A DNA stretch of 64,000 nucleotides, taken from contig CAWBZV010000002.1 of assembly GCA_963793305.1 (NCBI GenBank), positions 96,001 through 160,000 of the forward strand, read 5' to 3'. This stretch comes from an uncultured Gemmatimonadales bacterium. GTDB taxonomy: Bacteria > Gemmatimonadota > Gemmatimonadetes > Gemmatimonadales > Gemmatimonadaceae. The notes beneath the pieces were generated by a model, which ran no database searches, had not been told where the DNA came from, and was given only the letters and a program-made list of their open reading frames with translations. A program made the position numbers and the translations under genes. Shown piece by piece: positions 1 to 12,534 of the stretch (positions within the stretch are counted from its first letter, which is position 1; each line of letters opens with the position of its first letter).

Positions 1-1569
1 ATTCGTGAGGACTTGCTCGATGCCGACTTCGTCGATCAGGACGTATGGGATCTCCTCCGTCTGAAACTCGACCGACACGATCGCGCCGGTCTCGGCTTCC
101 ACCGGAGCGACAGCCTCCTCGGCATGGCGGACCACATCCCGGATATCCGCGGCCTCCTCGTTCTGCGTGCGGGCGCGCACGAACGACAGCAGGTCCCGCA
201 CGATGGCTCGCGCGCGGCGCGCTTGGGTCGCCACCGAGAGCAGCATCTCGCGATCGGCGGCCGATTGCGTATCCTCGTTCAGGAGGTTCTCGGCGAAATG
301 CAAGATCGCGGCGAGCGGGTTGTTCAACTCGTGCGCGACGCCCGAGACGACTCGGCCGACCGCCGAGAGCTTCTCGGACTGGACGAGTTTCGCTTCATCA
401 TCTCGGACGCGGGCGGCCATCGTGTCGAATTGGCGCGTGAGCGCGGTGATCTCGTCGTTCCCTATGGCGGCGACGGCCGCGACGTTGCGCTCGCCCCGGG
501 CCATCGCGCCCGTCGCGTGCTGCAGCCGCCGCAACGGATCGACGAGGCTGCGGGCGAACAGGAACGCGATGAGAAAGGCAACCGTCAGCGCCGCGAGACA
601 CAAAGCGATCGCGCTCGTGGACGACTTCAGGAGCGGCTGTCCGTAGTCGAGCAACGGCGATACGGCGACCAGCAACACGCCGTTGGCGCGGCGGAACGCA
701 ACGACGCGGTGTCGGTCGAACCGGCTGACGAACCATCCCGACGTGCCACGCATCAGCGAGTCGGACGCGTCGAGCATCACCTCGCCCACGCGCACGACGG
801 TCGCTTGCCGTGTGCGGCTGAAGGGAACGGGTACGCCAGCGTGCGTGGGAGTGACGCTCCGCACCACATACATCATAGTATGGGCGCCGAACCCGGGCAT
901 GGGCGTGATCGAATCGGCCGGCGATTGCGCCGGCAGCGCTCGGAGGAGCGCGGCGCCGCGAGTCTCTTCCAGATAGCGCTGCTGCTCCGTGCGCCCAATG
1001 AGCAAGACCGGCATCGCGGCGCCAAGCGCGATCGTGCACGTGATGTAGCGGATTTTCTTGGCCAGTGTGTGCCGGATCGGCTCCGCCGAAGCCGCGAGTC
1101 GCGCTTCGTCAGTCAGCCTCAGCGAGCGCACGGCCTGCTCGGCTTCCAAGAAGAGCACAGCGCCGAGCATCGCGCCCAGGAGCGCGCCTTGGACACAGAT
1201 CCTGACGTCTTCCAGATAGGGGAGGTGGGCGAACGCGATGAGCTGGCCTGCGCCGAGGGCGTATCCAAGCGTGCTCGTGACGATCGCACAGATCGCCACG
1301 AATCGAGGGTAGAGGGAGATCGAGCGGACGGAGTCGATGCGGCGCCAGCGCAGCCATGGAATGAGAACGACGCCGGTCCAGCCGACGAGGGGTACTTCCC
1401 ATGCGTAGCAGGTGACGATCCAAGCGAGCTGGTGCCGATTGGTTAGCCACCAGAGGTTCGACAGCGCGATGCCGAACCCCCACCAGCAGAGGCTCGACAG
1501 GACCAGCATGCGGCCAGCGAGTCGCCGACCGCACGTGTTGAATGCCTCGGCGTTCGAGACGACACGCAT
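1..1569 (-). CDS. Membrane-bound HAMP-domain sensor histidine kinase (C-terminus runs off the window start)
   Basis: Not in the ORF track; translated by hand. The minus frame from ATG 1569 reads through hydrophobic segments, a HAMP-like stretch (EPLRRLQHATGAMARG...DEITALTRQFDTMAARV), the H-box QSEKLSAVGRVVSGVAHELNNPL and ...GIEQVLTN at base 1. Upstream in-frame stop at 1594-1596. Confidence 0.88.
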   Translation of the reverse strand, partial: MRVVSNAEAFNTCGRRLAGRMLVLSSLCWWGFGIALSNLWWLTNRHQLAWIVTCYAWEVPLVGWTGVVLIPWLRWRRIDSVRSISLYPRFVAICAIVTSTLGYALGAGQLIAFAHLPYLEDVRICVQGALLGAMLGAVLFLEAEQAVRSLRLTDEARLAASAEPIRHTLAKKIRYITCTIALGAAMPVLLIGRTEQQRYLEETRGAALLRALPAQSPADSITPMPGFGAHTMMYVVRSVTPTHAGVPVPFSRTRQATVVRVGEVMLDASDSLMRGTSGWFVSRFDRHRVVAFRRANGVLLVAVSPLLDYGQPLLKSSTSAIALCLAALTVAFLIAFLFARSLVDPLRRLQHATGAMARGERNVAAVAAIGNDEITALTRQFDTMAARVRDDEAKLVQSEKLSAVGRVVSGVAHELNNPLAAILHFAENLLNEDTQSAADREMLLSVATQARRARAIVRDLLSFVRARTQNEEAADIRDVVRHAEEAVAPVEAETGAIVSVEFQTEEIPYVLIDEVGIEQVLTN

Positions 1570-1645
1570 GGAGGCGAGTAGGAGAGTCCGAAGTCAGGCG
1601 TTTGTCAACGAACAGCAAAAGCTGCAACGGGATAGACGCCACGCC

Positions 1646-1651
1646 TATAAT
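1646..1651 (+). promoter_or_regulatory. -10 element of a probable leaderless promoter for tag
   Basis: Perfect TATAAT 6 nt upstream of ATG 1658, with no Shine-Dalgarno. Confidence 0.6.
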
Positions 1652-1657
1652 TGACCC

Positions 1658-2233
1658 ATGGATCTCGTGCGCTGTCCCTGGGCGAAGAGCGATCAGATGA
1701 TCGCTTACCACGACAAAGAGTGGGGCGTACCGGTGCACGACGACCGGGTGCACTTCGAGTTCTTGATCTTAGAAGGCGCCCAGGCCGGCCTCACGTGGGA
1801 GTTGATCTTGAAGCGACGTGATGGCTATCGAAAGGCGTTCGCCGAGTTCGACGCCGCGAAAGTCGCGCGCTACACGCCCGCGCGTCTGGCGAAGATCCTG
1901 ACCGATCCGGGGGTCATACGCAATCGCCAAAAAATCGCCTCGGCCGTCACGAACGCGAAGGCATTTCTGGCGATTCAGAAAGAATTTGGATCGTTCGACG
2001 CCTATGTCTGGCGCTTCGTGGATGGCCATCCGATCGACGGGCGGCGAAAGGCAATAGGAGACGTACCCGCGAAGACGCCAGCGTCTGACGCCCTGTCGAA
2101 GGATCTGAAAAAGCGCGGGTTTTCGTTCGTCGGGTCGACGATCTGCTACGCCCACATGCAGGCGACGGGCCTGGTGAACGACCACCTGGTGCGCTGCTTT
2201 CGCCACGCACCAGACGGTCCCCGGGGGCGTTAG
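1658..2233 (+). CDS. tag: DNA-3-methyladenine glycosylase I
   Basis: [58 protein letters not shown] motifs. Confidence 0.96.
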   Translation: MDLVRCPWAKSDQMIAYHDKEWGVPVHDDRVHFEFLILEGAQAGLTWELILKRRDGYRKAFAEFDAAKVARYTPARLAKILTDPGVIRNRQKIASAVTNAKAFLAIQKEFGSFDAYVWRFVDGHPIDGRRKAIGDVPAKTPASDALSKDLKKRGFSFVGSTICYAHMQATGLVNDHLVRCFRHAPDGPRGR

Positions 2234-2442
2234 CGCCCCAGCTTCGTTACGTTCTCGGCCGCGGGCCCTTTCGCGCCCTGGACCACGTCGAACTCCACGC
2301 GTTCACCTTCAGCGAGCGACTTGAAGCCGCTGCCCTTGATCGCGGAGTGATGAACGAAACAATCCTTCTGGCCGCCCTCGGGCGTGATAAACCCAAAACC
2401 CTTGGCGTCGTTGAACCACTTGACCGTGCCGGTCGTACGCAT
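2230..2442 (-). CDS. cspA: Cold-shock protein (CspA family)
   Basis: [15 protein letters not shown] (RNP1) and FVHHSAI (RNP2); 70 aa. Confidence 0.95.
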   Translation of the reverse strand: MRTTGTVKWFNDAKGFGFITPEGGQKDCFVHHSAIKGSGFKSLAEGERVEFDVVQGAKGPAAENVTKLGR

Positions 2443-2510
2443 TTGTTCGGTACCTAATACTGAGTGTTGTCGGACATGAGCGAAAATCAGCCCAAAAGGT
2501 AATTTGTTCC

Positions 2511-3269
2511 ATGATCGATCTCAACCAAAAAGTGGTGCTCGTCACGGGCGGATCGCGCGGCATTGGCGCGTATATCGTGCGGACGTTGGCCCAAGCGGGC
2601 GCCCAAGTGGTGCTCCATTACAGCGCGAGCGGGACGCAGGCCGAGCAGATCGTCGCCGACCTCGGAACCGACCGCGTCGTCTCCGTGCGCACGCCGCTCG
2701 ATGCGGATGGTGCCGGCACCCAGCTGTGGTCCGACGCGGTTGCGTGGCGTGGACATATCGACGTCCTCGTGAACAATGCCGGCGTCGCGATCGAGGCCAG
2801 CATCGACGATTCGCTCGACGCCTGGCGCGCGGCGTGGGACACCACGTGGCGCGTCAACGTGGTTGCCCTCGCCGATCTCTGCCGGGAGGCGATTCTGCAT
2901 TTTCGTGGACGCGGCGGAGGAACGATTATCAACGTCTCGAGCCGCGCCGCGTTCCGTGGAGACTCGCCGCATTACATGCACTACGCGGCCTCGAAGGGCG
3001 CCGTCGTCGCGCTCACCAAGAGCATCGCGAGAGGCTATGCCCGTGACGGCGTGCTGGCCTACGGGGTCGCGCCGGGGTGGGTCGCGACGGATATGGCGCG
3101 GCAGTCTATCCAGATGGTCGGGCTGGAGAAGCTGGTGCAGGACATTCCCATGGGAACGATGGCGCCTCCCCAGGACGTCGCGAACGTCGTGGCCTTTCTG
3201 GCGTCGGGACTTGCGCCACACGCCACAGGGACAACGATCGACATCAACGGGGCTTCGTACGTACGCTGA
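2511..3269 (+). CDS. SDR-family NAD(P)-dependent oxidoreductase
   Basis: [12 protein letters not shown] and YAASKG catalytic motifs. Confidence 0.93.
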   Translation: MIDLNQKVVLVTGGSRGIGAYIVRTLAQAGAQVVLHYSASGTQAEQIVADLGTDRVVSVRTPLDADGAGTQLWSDAVAWRGHIDVLVNNAGVAIEASIDDSLDAWRAAWDTTWRVNVVALADLCREAILHFRGRGGGTIINVSSRAAFRGDSPHYMHYAASKGAVVALTKSIARGYARDGVLAYGVAPGWVATDMARQSIQMVGLEKLVQDIPMGTMAPPQDVANVVAFLASGLAPHATGTTIDINGASYVR

Positions 3270-3278
3270 GTTGGGGGG

Positions 3279-3311
3279 TCCGGGGGGCGTCGTTGGGGTT
3301 TGCCCCCCGGA
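3279..3311. repeat. GC-rich inverted repeat (10-bp stem); REP-like element or terminator
   Basis: TCCGGGGGGC (3279-3288) pairs perfectly with GCCCCCCGGA (3302-3311), 10 nt after the SDR stop. Confidence 0.55.
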
Positions 3312-3370
3312 GGAGAACCGACCAGTCGAGCAGCGCAAAGCGCTGCATCGACGCGCCGCGGAGCGGCGCC

Positions 3371-3398
3371 TTGCGGCGACCTCGGCTTGTGATAATTT
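3371..3398 (+). promoter_or_regulatory. Putative sigma70 promoter of atpAGDC
   Basis: TTGCGG-N16-TAATTT with extended -10 TG at 3390-3391, about 40 nt upstream of atpA. Confidence 0.4.
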
Positions 3399-3437
3399 TC
3401 ACAAGCTGTACCCCGACTCTTCAGCCCCCGACTCGAT

Positions 3438-5001
3438 ATGGCCTCCGATACAACGCTCCGTCCTGGTGAGATCAAGGACATTCTCCTCCGCGAAATCGAG
3501 GCGGCCGACCTGCATGAGCTCGACGTTGAGGAGGTTGGTAGCGTACTGGAGGTGAAGGACGGCATCGCCCGCATCTATGGTTTGGAGAAGGCGATGTCTG
3601 GCGAGATGCTCGAGATCACGGCGTCCGAGAGCGGCGAGGTGATCACCGCGCTGGCGCTGAACCTGGAAGAGGACAATATCGGCGCGGTCATCCTCGGGAA
3701 CTACCTCGTGCTTCGCGAGGGCGACGAGGTGCGCCGCACGTCCCGCGTGCTCGAAGTTCCGGTCGGACCCGAGATGGTCGGCCGCGTCGTCGACGCCCTG
3801 GGCCGGCCCCTCGACGGACTCGGTGCGATCAACACGAAATTCTCGCGGAAGGTCGAGTCCGACGCCCCTGGCATCATCGTTCGCCAACCGGTCAAAGAGC
3901 CGTTGCAGACCGGTATCAAGGCCGTCGACTCCATGATCCCGATCGGTCGCGGCCAGCGCGAGCTCATCATCGGCGACCGCGGCATCGGTAAGACGGCGAT
4001 CGCGATCGACACGATTATCAACCAGAAAGGCACGGGCGTCATCTGCGTCTACGTCGCCATCGGCCAGAAAGCCTCCACGGTCCGCGCCGTGGAAGCCAAG
4101 CTTCGCGAGACGGGGGCGATGGAGTACACGATCATCGTCAACGCGTCCGCCTCCGACCCGGCGCCGATGCAGTACATCGCGCCGTACTCGGGGTGCGCGA
4201 TGGCCGAGTACTTCATGTATTACGAGGGGAAGCCGACGCTGTGCGTGTACGATGACCTGTCGAAGCAAGCGCAGGCCTATCGTTCCCTCTCACTCGTGTT
4301 GCGTCGTCCGCCTGGCCGCGAAGCGTATCCGGGCGACGTGTTCTATCTCCACTCGCGCTTGCTCGAGCGCGCCGCGAAGCTCTCGGATGATCCGACGATC
4401 GTCGACAATAAAACGATCTTCAAGACCGGCGGTTCGCTCACCGCGCTCCCGATCATCGAGACGCAAGCGGGCGACGTCTCGGCCTATATCCCGACGAACG
4501 TCATCTCGATTACCGACGGCCAGATATTTTTGGACTCTGACCTCTTCTTCGCCAACGTGCGTCCGGCGATCAACGTCGGTATCTCGGTTTCTCGCGTGGG
4601 TGGCTCGGCGCAGATCAAAGCCATGAAGGCGGTTGCCGGACGACTGCGGCTCGATCTCGCCCAGTACCGTGAGCTCGAGGCCTTCTCGGCGTTCGCGTCG
4701 GATCTCGACGCCACGACGCGCCGTCAACTGGACCGCGGTGCACGCACCGTCGAGATCCTCAAGCAACCGCAGTACCGGCCGATGCCGGTCGCCCAACAGG
4801 TCATGTCGATCTTTGCGGTGACCCAGGGACTGCTCGATAGCATTCCCGTGGCGAACATCAGGGATTGGGAAACCAAGTTCCATCCGTACATGGCCGCTCA
4901 GTTCCCCCAGGTCGCCGATCGGATTACGAAAGAAAAAGCGATCTCCAAGGAGACCGAGGCCGATCTGAGACGGGGCATCGAGACGTTTACCAAGCAATTC
5001 C

Positions 5002-5009
<8 letters not shown>
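3438..5009 (+). CDS. atpA: F1 ATP synthase subunit alpha
   Basis: [47 protein letters not shown]. Confidence 0.99.
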
Positions 5010-7302
<2,293 letters not shown>

Positions 7303-7303
<1 letters not shown>

Positions 7304-7545
7304 TGCCACTGCACGTCTCGGTCGTGTCGCCGGAGCGTGTCGTCTTCGAGGGCGACGTCGAATCCGTCCGCGCGCCCGCGTTCGACGGCGATCTCGGCAT
7401 CCTGCCCCGTCACGCCCCGATGGTCACGCTGCTGGGAACCGGTACGCTCCGCTTGGGGAGCCACCGGTTCACCGTGCGGGGCGGCGTCTTGCAGGTGGTC
7501 GACGATCAGGTACGGGTCATCACCGATCACGCCGACGAAGCCTGA
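7303..7545 (+). CDS. atpC: F1 ATP synthase subunit epsilon (short, beta-sandwich domain only)
   Basis: VVSPERVVFEG, GDLGILPRHAP; TAATG coupling to atpD; 80 aa. Confidence 0.93.
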
Positions 7546-7658
7546 ACCACGCTCGCCTCGCGGCCGCGGCACGCAGTATGCCGCCACGTATGGGGTCCGG
7601 CCCTAAAATGACCAATATTCCCCCTAAGTCCCCCGGGGGATTTTCCGGAGAAATTTGC

Positions 7659-8315
7659 ATGATCGATCGTGTCCGTCTGGTTACGTGCTTGTTCGCCATT
7701 GTCCTGTGCGCGAGCGTCGCGAGCGAAGCGAGCGCGCAAGCGTGGAACTATCCCGAATTCCAAGCCCCTCGCGTCGTCAGCCGAGAATTCAACTTCGCCG
7801 TATTCTCGAGCGGTGACGGCGGCACCGGCCTGCTCGCGCAGTGGCGCGAAGGCATCGCCCCCGATTTCATCCTCGAGCTCGAGGGCGGCTTCACGAGCCC
7901 GCCACATCATCTTGACACCCACGGCCTGATCGGCGGCTCGATCGGTTACCAGTTGGCGCGTGAATCCAAGGACATTCCGCTCGACTTCCTGCTGACGGGA
8001 GGATTCTACGACGCGTTCGGCAGCCCGAACGAGTTCCGGATCCCGTTCGGGATCTCGATCGGCCATCGATTCCCGATCCAGGGGAGCGCCATGGCGATCA
8101 CCCCGTACATCGAACCACGGCTGTCGATCGACAATTCGCCGGGTAACACAAAGCTCGGCGTCGAGTTCGACATCGGTGGCAGCATGGAATTGACGCCGCA
8201 GATATCCGTACGACTGCTCGGCACGTTCGGCGGGTCGAACGCGATGCCAAATGACCCAGGTATCGGCTTCTCCGTGGCGTGGACGCCGCTCGGATTGACG
8301 GGGGCTCGGAAGTAG
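7659..8315 (+). CDS. Exported hypothetical protein, probable small outer-membrane beta-barrel
   Basis: GGAG before ATG 7659; signal peptide ending ASA-Q; alternating hydrophobic beta-strand pattern (FILELEGG, GSIGYQL, IGFSVAW). Confidence 0.7.
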   Translation: MIDRVRLVTCLFAIVLCASVASEASAQAWNYPEFQAPRVVSREFNFAVFSSGDGGTGLLAQWREGIAPDFILELEGGFTSPPHHLDTHGLIGGSIGYQLARESKDIPLDFLLTGGFYDAFGSPNEFRIPFGISIGHRFPIQGSAMAITPYIEPRLSIDNSPGNTKLGVEFDIGGSMELTPQISVRLLGTFGGSNAMPNDPGIGFSVAWTPLGLTGARK

Positions 8316-8317
8316 CG

Positions 8318-9502
8318 GTGCCCGCGTTACCCACCGTGCTCGACGCGCGCGAGGCCCTGCGGGCGCTCGCGCGCGATCGCGGTGATCTCGCCGTGCTCTA
8401 TCTCAACTTCGTTCGGGGCTCGAAGGTCGAGGAGATCTACGGTTGGGAAAAGTTCGATGCAGTCATGGACACGGTCGCGGCGGCCCTGCTCGACCTCGTC
8501 CCCGGCGACGCGCTGGCACTGTCCCTCCATCCCTTCGACGATAACTTCGCGATCGTCCACACATCCGCTCGCGATGCATTGGACGTCGAGTCCCGCGTGG
8601 TCGGCCGGATCGAGGCGGCCCACGGAGAAGAGATTGCGGCCTTGTGCGAGATTGTCGCCGGGCGTTCCGAGGTGCGCGCCGATCCCCGCATTCGGTTCGA
8701 GCGAATCATCTATCGCGCCATTCGCGAGGCGGCGGGTGCCGCGAGAAGCGTGGAGCAACAGGAGCGCTTGCGCCGCATCGCCGAGCTCAAGGAGAGCATC
8801 CGCGAGCGCGCGATCTATATCGATTATCACCCCATCGTCGTCGCGGCCAGCGGAGCCGTCTTTGGATACGAGGCGCTCGCGCGCGGAACCCGACGTGGGC
8901 TGCGGCGTCCCGAGCTCATGTTCGAGATCGCGGCCGAGGCCAATCTCATCTGGGAATTGAGCCGCCTGTGTCGGACGACGGCCCTCGATGGCCTCGATCG
9001 GTTGGGCCCGGGCGAGCTGCTGTTCCTGAACGTCGACCCACACGACTTCGCCGACCCGGATTTCGACTTGCCGGGCGATCCCCATCGCTTGGTCATCGAG
9101 ATCACCGAGCGGATCGCGATCAAAGACTATCCCCGGTTCCGCGAGCGCCTCGCCGCGTTCCGCGCTCGGGGGATCCGCGTGGCGGTGGACGACGCCGGGA
9201 GCGGCTTCGCGGGACTGGGGTCGATCGCGAATCTCGAGCCCAATTTTATCAAGTTGGATCTCTCACTGATCACCGGCATCAATGCGAGCTCGACCAAGCG
9301 ACACCTGGTCGAGACGATGGTCCGGTTCGCGAACGAGCAGGGCGCGATGGTGATCGCCGAGGGAGTCGAGCGCGCCGAGGAGTTTGCCGAGGTGCAGCGG
9401 CTCGGCGTGCATCTCGTGCAAGGGTTCTTTGTCGATCACTCCGGTCCGACCATCAGCCGGTCGACGAGGGCGAGCGACCGTCTGGCCGCGCCGAGTCCCT
9501 GA
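8318..9502 (+). CDS. EAL-domain c-di-GMP phosphodiesterase with degenerate GGDEF-like N-terminus
   Basis: YHPIV, GYEALAR, IEITE, VDDAGSG, IKLD, AEGVE, VQGF. GTG 8318 chosen as start, just after the upstream stop. Confidence 0.88.
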   Translation: MPALPTVLDAREALRALARDRGDLAVLYLNFVRGSKVEEIYGWEKFDAVMDTVAAALLDLVPGDALALSLHPFDDNFAIVHTSARDALDVESRVVGRIEAAHGEEIAALCEIVAGRSEVRADPRIRFERIIYRAIREAAGAARSVEQQERLRRIAELKESIRERAIYIDYHPIVVAASGAVFGYEALARGTRRGLRRPELMFEIAAEANLIWELSRLCRTTALDGLDRLGPGELLFLNVDPHDFADPDFDLPGDPHRLVIEITERIAIKDYPRFRERLAAFRARGIRVAVDDAGSGFAGLGSIANLEPNFIKLDLSLITGINASSTKRHLVETMVRFANEQGAMVIAEGVERAEEFAEVQRLGVHLVQGFFVDHSGPTISRSTRASDRLAAPSP

Positions 9503-10659
9503 CGGACGGTCTCTCGGGCGGCTTCGCCGGCTTGCTCGTTGGCGTGCAGTCTCGCGCGAAACTCCGTCGGCGACCGCACGATAAAGCCGCCCCCAGCGGC
9601 GAGCAGGAGGCCTGCGTCACGGCTCGCATAGTGCCGGGGTCCGAAGAGCACGGGGACACCGAAAGCAGCAGGCTCCAAGACCGAATGCAGCCCCGCGCGG
9701 CCAAACCCGCCGCCCACGTAGGCCACAGTCGCGCGAGAGTAGAGTCGCGCCAAGACACCGACGCTGTCGACGATGATGAGATCCGCCGCGGTCGCGCCGG
9801 ATGATAACCGGCTCGACGGCACTTTGTGGGATGCGGCCCACGTCTCAATGTAATGCACGTGTGTCGGGGTCGGCTCGTGCGGAGCCACGATGAGTCGCAT
9901 CCCACTGCCGAGCCATCCCTCGAGGACGACGCGCTCGTCGGGTGGCCATGTCGAGCCTGCGACGCATATGGATCGCCCCGCGAGCTCCGGGAACGCGCCC
10001 GCCGCGTCGGCGGCCATTCGCCAGACTTGATCGTAGCGCGTGTCACCTGTGATCTCGATCACATCCGGACGGACGCCGATCTCGACGAGGCGCCGCGCAT
10101 CGGCCGAGTCGATGGCGCCAACGGCGTCGAGCCTGGCATATGCATCATGGAGAACGGCTCTCGCGAAGATCGACCGTCGGGACGACCGGGCGCTGAGCGT
10201 CGCGCTCAGGAGTCCGAGTCGCACCCCTCGGAGAGACGCGCGCTCGACAAGCACGGGCCACACGTCGAGCTTGCTGAATACGAGCGCCGAAGGCATGAGT
10301 GCATCCAGCGCCGCGTCAATGTCGCTCGCGCGGTCGAATGGGAGGTAGTCCGTGAAATCGACGGGGAGCGAACGAGAGAACCGTTCAGCACTCGGAGAGT
10401 AGTACGTGAACGCGATCTGGACCGCGGGTCGCTCGGAACGGATGAGCTCGACGATAGGTCGTGCTTGCAGCGCTTCGCCGACCGACGGAGCGTGGATCCA
10501 GAGCAGCGGACGGCTCGTATCTCGATGAACAGTCGCCCACGCGCGGTAGCGGTCGATGAGACCGGCGCGAGCTCCGAGTGCTCTCAGCCACTTGGCCTCG
10601 GAGAGCGTCGCCGCTACTCTGGCTATACCGGCGTACGCGGGGCGGAGAAGGGGATGCAA
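9436..10659 (-). CDS. waaA: 3-deoxy-D-manno-octulosonic acid (Kdo) transferase
   Basis: WIHAPSVGE, YLPFD, TGDTRYD, AGSTW, VGGGF...HSVLEPAAFG. Confidence 0.93.
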   Translation of the reverse strand: MHPLLRPAYAGIARVAATLSEAKWLRALGARAGLIDRYRAWATVHRDTSRPLLWIHAPSVGEALQARPIVELIRSERPAVQIAFTYYSPSAERFSRSLPVDFTDYLPFDRASDIDAALDALMPSALVFSKLDVWPVLVERASLRGVRLGLLSATLSARSSRRSIFARAVLHDAYARLDAVGAIDSADARRLVEIGVRPDVIEITGDTRYDQVWRMAADAAGAFPELAGRSICVAGSTWPPDERVVLEGWLGSGMRLIVAPHEPTPTHVHYIETWAASHKVPSSRLSSGATAADLIIVDSVGVLARLYSRATVAYVGGGFGRAGLHSVLEPAAFGVPVLFGPRHYASRDAGLLLAAGGGFIVRSPTEFRARLHANEQAGEAARETVRQGLGAARRSLALVDRLMVGPE

Positions 10660-10662
10660 CCG

Positions 10663-11334
10663 CTACTTGGCAGCCAATGCGGCGTCCAGTGCGCGCCGGA
10701 AGTTGTCCGTCGGCTGGGCGCCGGCGATCAGTTTGCTCCCGATGATGATCGTGGGGGTCGATTGCACACCCGCTCGTTCGGCCCGATCCTGATCGGCCCG
10801 GATCATGGCCAGTGTGGCGTGCGTCGAACGGCAGGCATTGAACGAACGGGCATCCAGGCCCACTTTCGTCCCAAGGGAATCGAAGACCGGCGAAGGATCT
10901 TTGAGGCCCGCCCACGTTGCCTGAGAGGCGAACAACGCGTCGTGCATCGGCCAGAACTTGTTCTGCGCGCCCGCACACATCGCCGCCTCGGCTGCCGGGA
11001 CGGCGTTGGGATGGATGGTCAGCGGGAAATTGTAGTACGCGAGACGGACCTTCCCGTTCTCGACGTATTCGCGACGCAGAGCGGCAAACGACTCGTCATG
11101 CCATTGTTTACAGTAGGGGCACTGGAAATCACTGACCATGATCATCCAGACTTTCGCCGTCGAGTCGCCGCTGATGCGTGCGGCGTCGATGCGTTGCGTG
11201 AAGCTGTCCGCCGGGACAGCCGCTCGCGCCGCGACGATGGCTCCCGCGGTCGCACCGTCAAAAGTGGTCGTGGCGCCGCTCGAAGAATTGCAGGCAATTA
11301 GCGCGAGGAGCGCGGTGTGCAGTTGACGATTCAT
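10663..11334 (-). CDS. DsbA-family thioredoxin-fold lipoprotein
   Basis: SDFQCPYC, FPLTIHPNA, GVQSTPT; lipoprotein-like signal LLALIAC from ATG 11334. Confidence 0.9.
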   Translation of the reverse strand: MNRQLHTALLALIACNSSSGATTTFDGATAGAIVAARAAVPADSFTQRIDAARISGDSTAKVWMIMVSDFQCPYCKQWHDESFAALRREYVENGKVRLAYYNFPLTIHPNAVPAAEAAMCAGAQNKFWPMHDALFASQATWAGLKDPSPVFDSLGTKVGLDARSFNACRSTHATLAMIRADQDRAERAGVQSTPTIIIGSKLIAGAQPTDNFRRALDAALAAK

Positions 11335-11406
11335 GGTTTTCGAATGAGTTTCGATCAAAAATCATATCCGTCTTGCGCTTACCCCAGCAAGGGAGCACGA
11401 GGACCT

Positions 11407-12534
11407 GTGCGATCAACGCTCGCGGTTGCTCTCTTGTGTGCGAGTCTTGGCGGCGCGGCCCGCGCTCAAGAGACATTCTCGCCTACCATGCAGTTCGGCA
11501 CCGGGTTGATCAACGCGCCGACCGCCTGGATCTCGCCGTCGACGGCGGACTTCTGGATCGACTACTCCGGCCAGCGGATCCCGTCGACCAACCAGCCCCT
11601 GAGCTTCGCGCACGGATGGAACGGGAACGGTGCAATCGAGACCCAGTGGCTCGGCCGCTTCTCGCTGGGCTTCTCGCTCTACAGCAACAATCCGGAATAC
11701 GGGTTCTTCGGATCGCTGCTGGCCCTCAAGGACGGACAGTTCTCGCCACTGCTGCCGGCGATCGCCGTCGGCTTCCGGAACCTCGGGCCCTTCGACCACG
11801 AGGACCGGTTCCTGATCGGGCACGACGTCACGGTCGATACGGTCGGCAACACGCACGGGTTCACGCCGTCGTATTTCGCCCATTTCCATACCAGCCCGAC
11901 GCTCTACATCGTAGCGACGAAGTCGATCAACTTCACGCCGCTGTTCTCCGCGAGCCTCACCCTTGGCGGCGGCGACGGGTTGTTCAGCGACGACGGCGGC
12001 CTGGGGCAGATCTATGACCGGCACGGACAAACGGTCAAAGGCATGTTCTTCGGGACGCAGCTCCAGTTCCACCCGACCAGCGTGGCCAGCATCTCGTTCG
12101 TGGCCGAGAACGACGCGTGGAACTACAATGCCGGGATCCGTGGCGAGTTCCATGGGATCGGCATCGGGATCTATGGCACGGAGCTCGAGGAAGGGAGCAC
12201 GAAGCGGCCGAGCGACTTTCTGATCTACAATTACACCAAAGCCAACTTTGTCGTCTATTATCACGCGAATTTCCGCGACGTTGGCCGGGGCGTATTCCTG
12301 CGCAGTGAGATCACGCAGCTCGAGCACGAACAGACCGAGCTCAAAGCCGAGATGGCGCGGCGCGAGCGGCGCATCCACGATCTCCAAGTCTCCCTCGGCA
12401 AGCTCCAGGGGTCGGCCTTGAGTGACGTGGAACGCCAGCGCCAGGAGCTCGAGGCGCAGCTCAAGGAAGAGCAGGATCAGATTCGTCGGGCCAATGAGCG
12501 GTTGCAGCAACTGCAGGGTGGGAAACCCCAATGA
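11407..12534 (+). CDS. YjbH/GfcD-like outer-membrane beta-barrel protein with C-terminal coiled coil
   Basis: GAGGA before GTG 11407; signal peptide ending ARA-Q; FGTGLINAPTAW, PAIAVGFRN, YIVATK, LGGGDG, AENDAWN motifs reminiscent of YjbH; heptad-rich tail of about 75 aa. Confidence 0.7.
   Translation: MRSTLAVALLCASLGGAARAQETFSPTMQFGTGLINAPTAWISPSTADFWIDYSGQRIPSTNQPLSFAHGWNGNGAIETQWLGRFSLGFSLYSNNPEYGFFGSLLALKDGQFSPLLPAIAVGFRNLGPFDHEDRFLIGHDVTVDTVGNTHGFTPSYFAHFHTSPTLYIVATKSINFTPLFSASLTLGGGDGLFSDDGGLGQIYDRHGQTVKGMFFGTQLQFHPTSVASISFVAENDAWNYNAGIRGEFHGIGIGIYGTELEEGSTKRPSDFLIYNYTKANFVVYYHANFRDVGRGVFLRSEITQLEHEQTELKAEMARRERRIHDLQVSLGKLQGSALSDVERQRQELEAQLKEEQDQIRRANERLQQLQGGKPQ

Noticed and set aside
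13..1446. 477-aa plus-strand ORF
   Set aside because: It is the in-frame antisense shadow of the minus-strand histidine kinase, which carries the real motifs.
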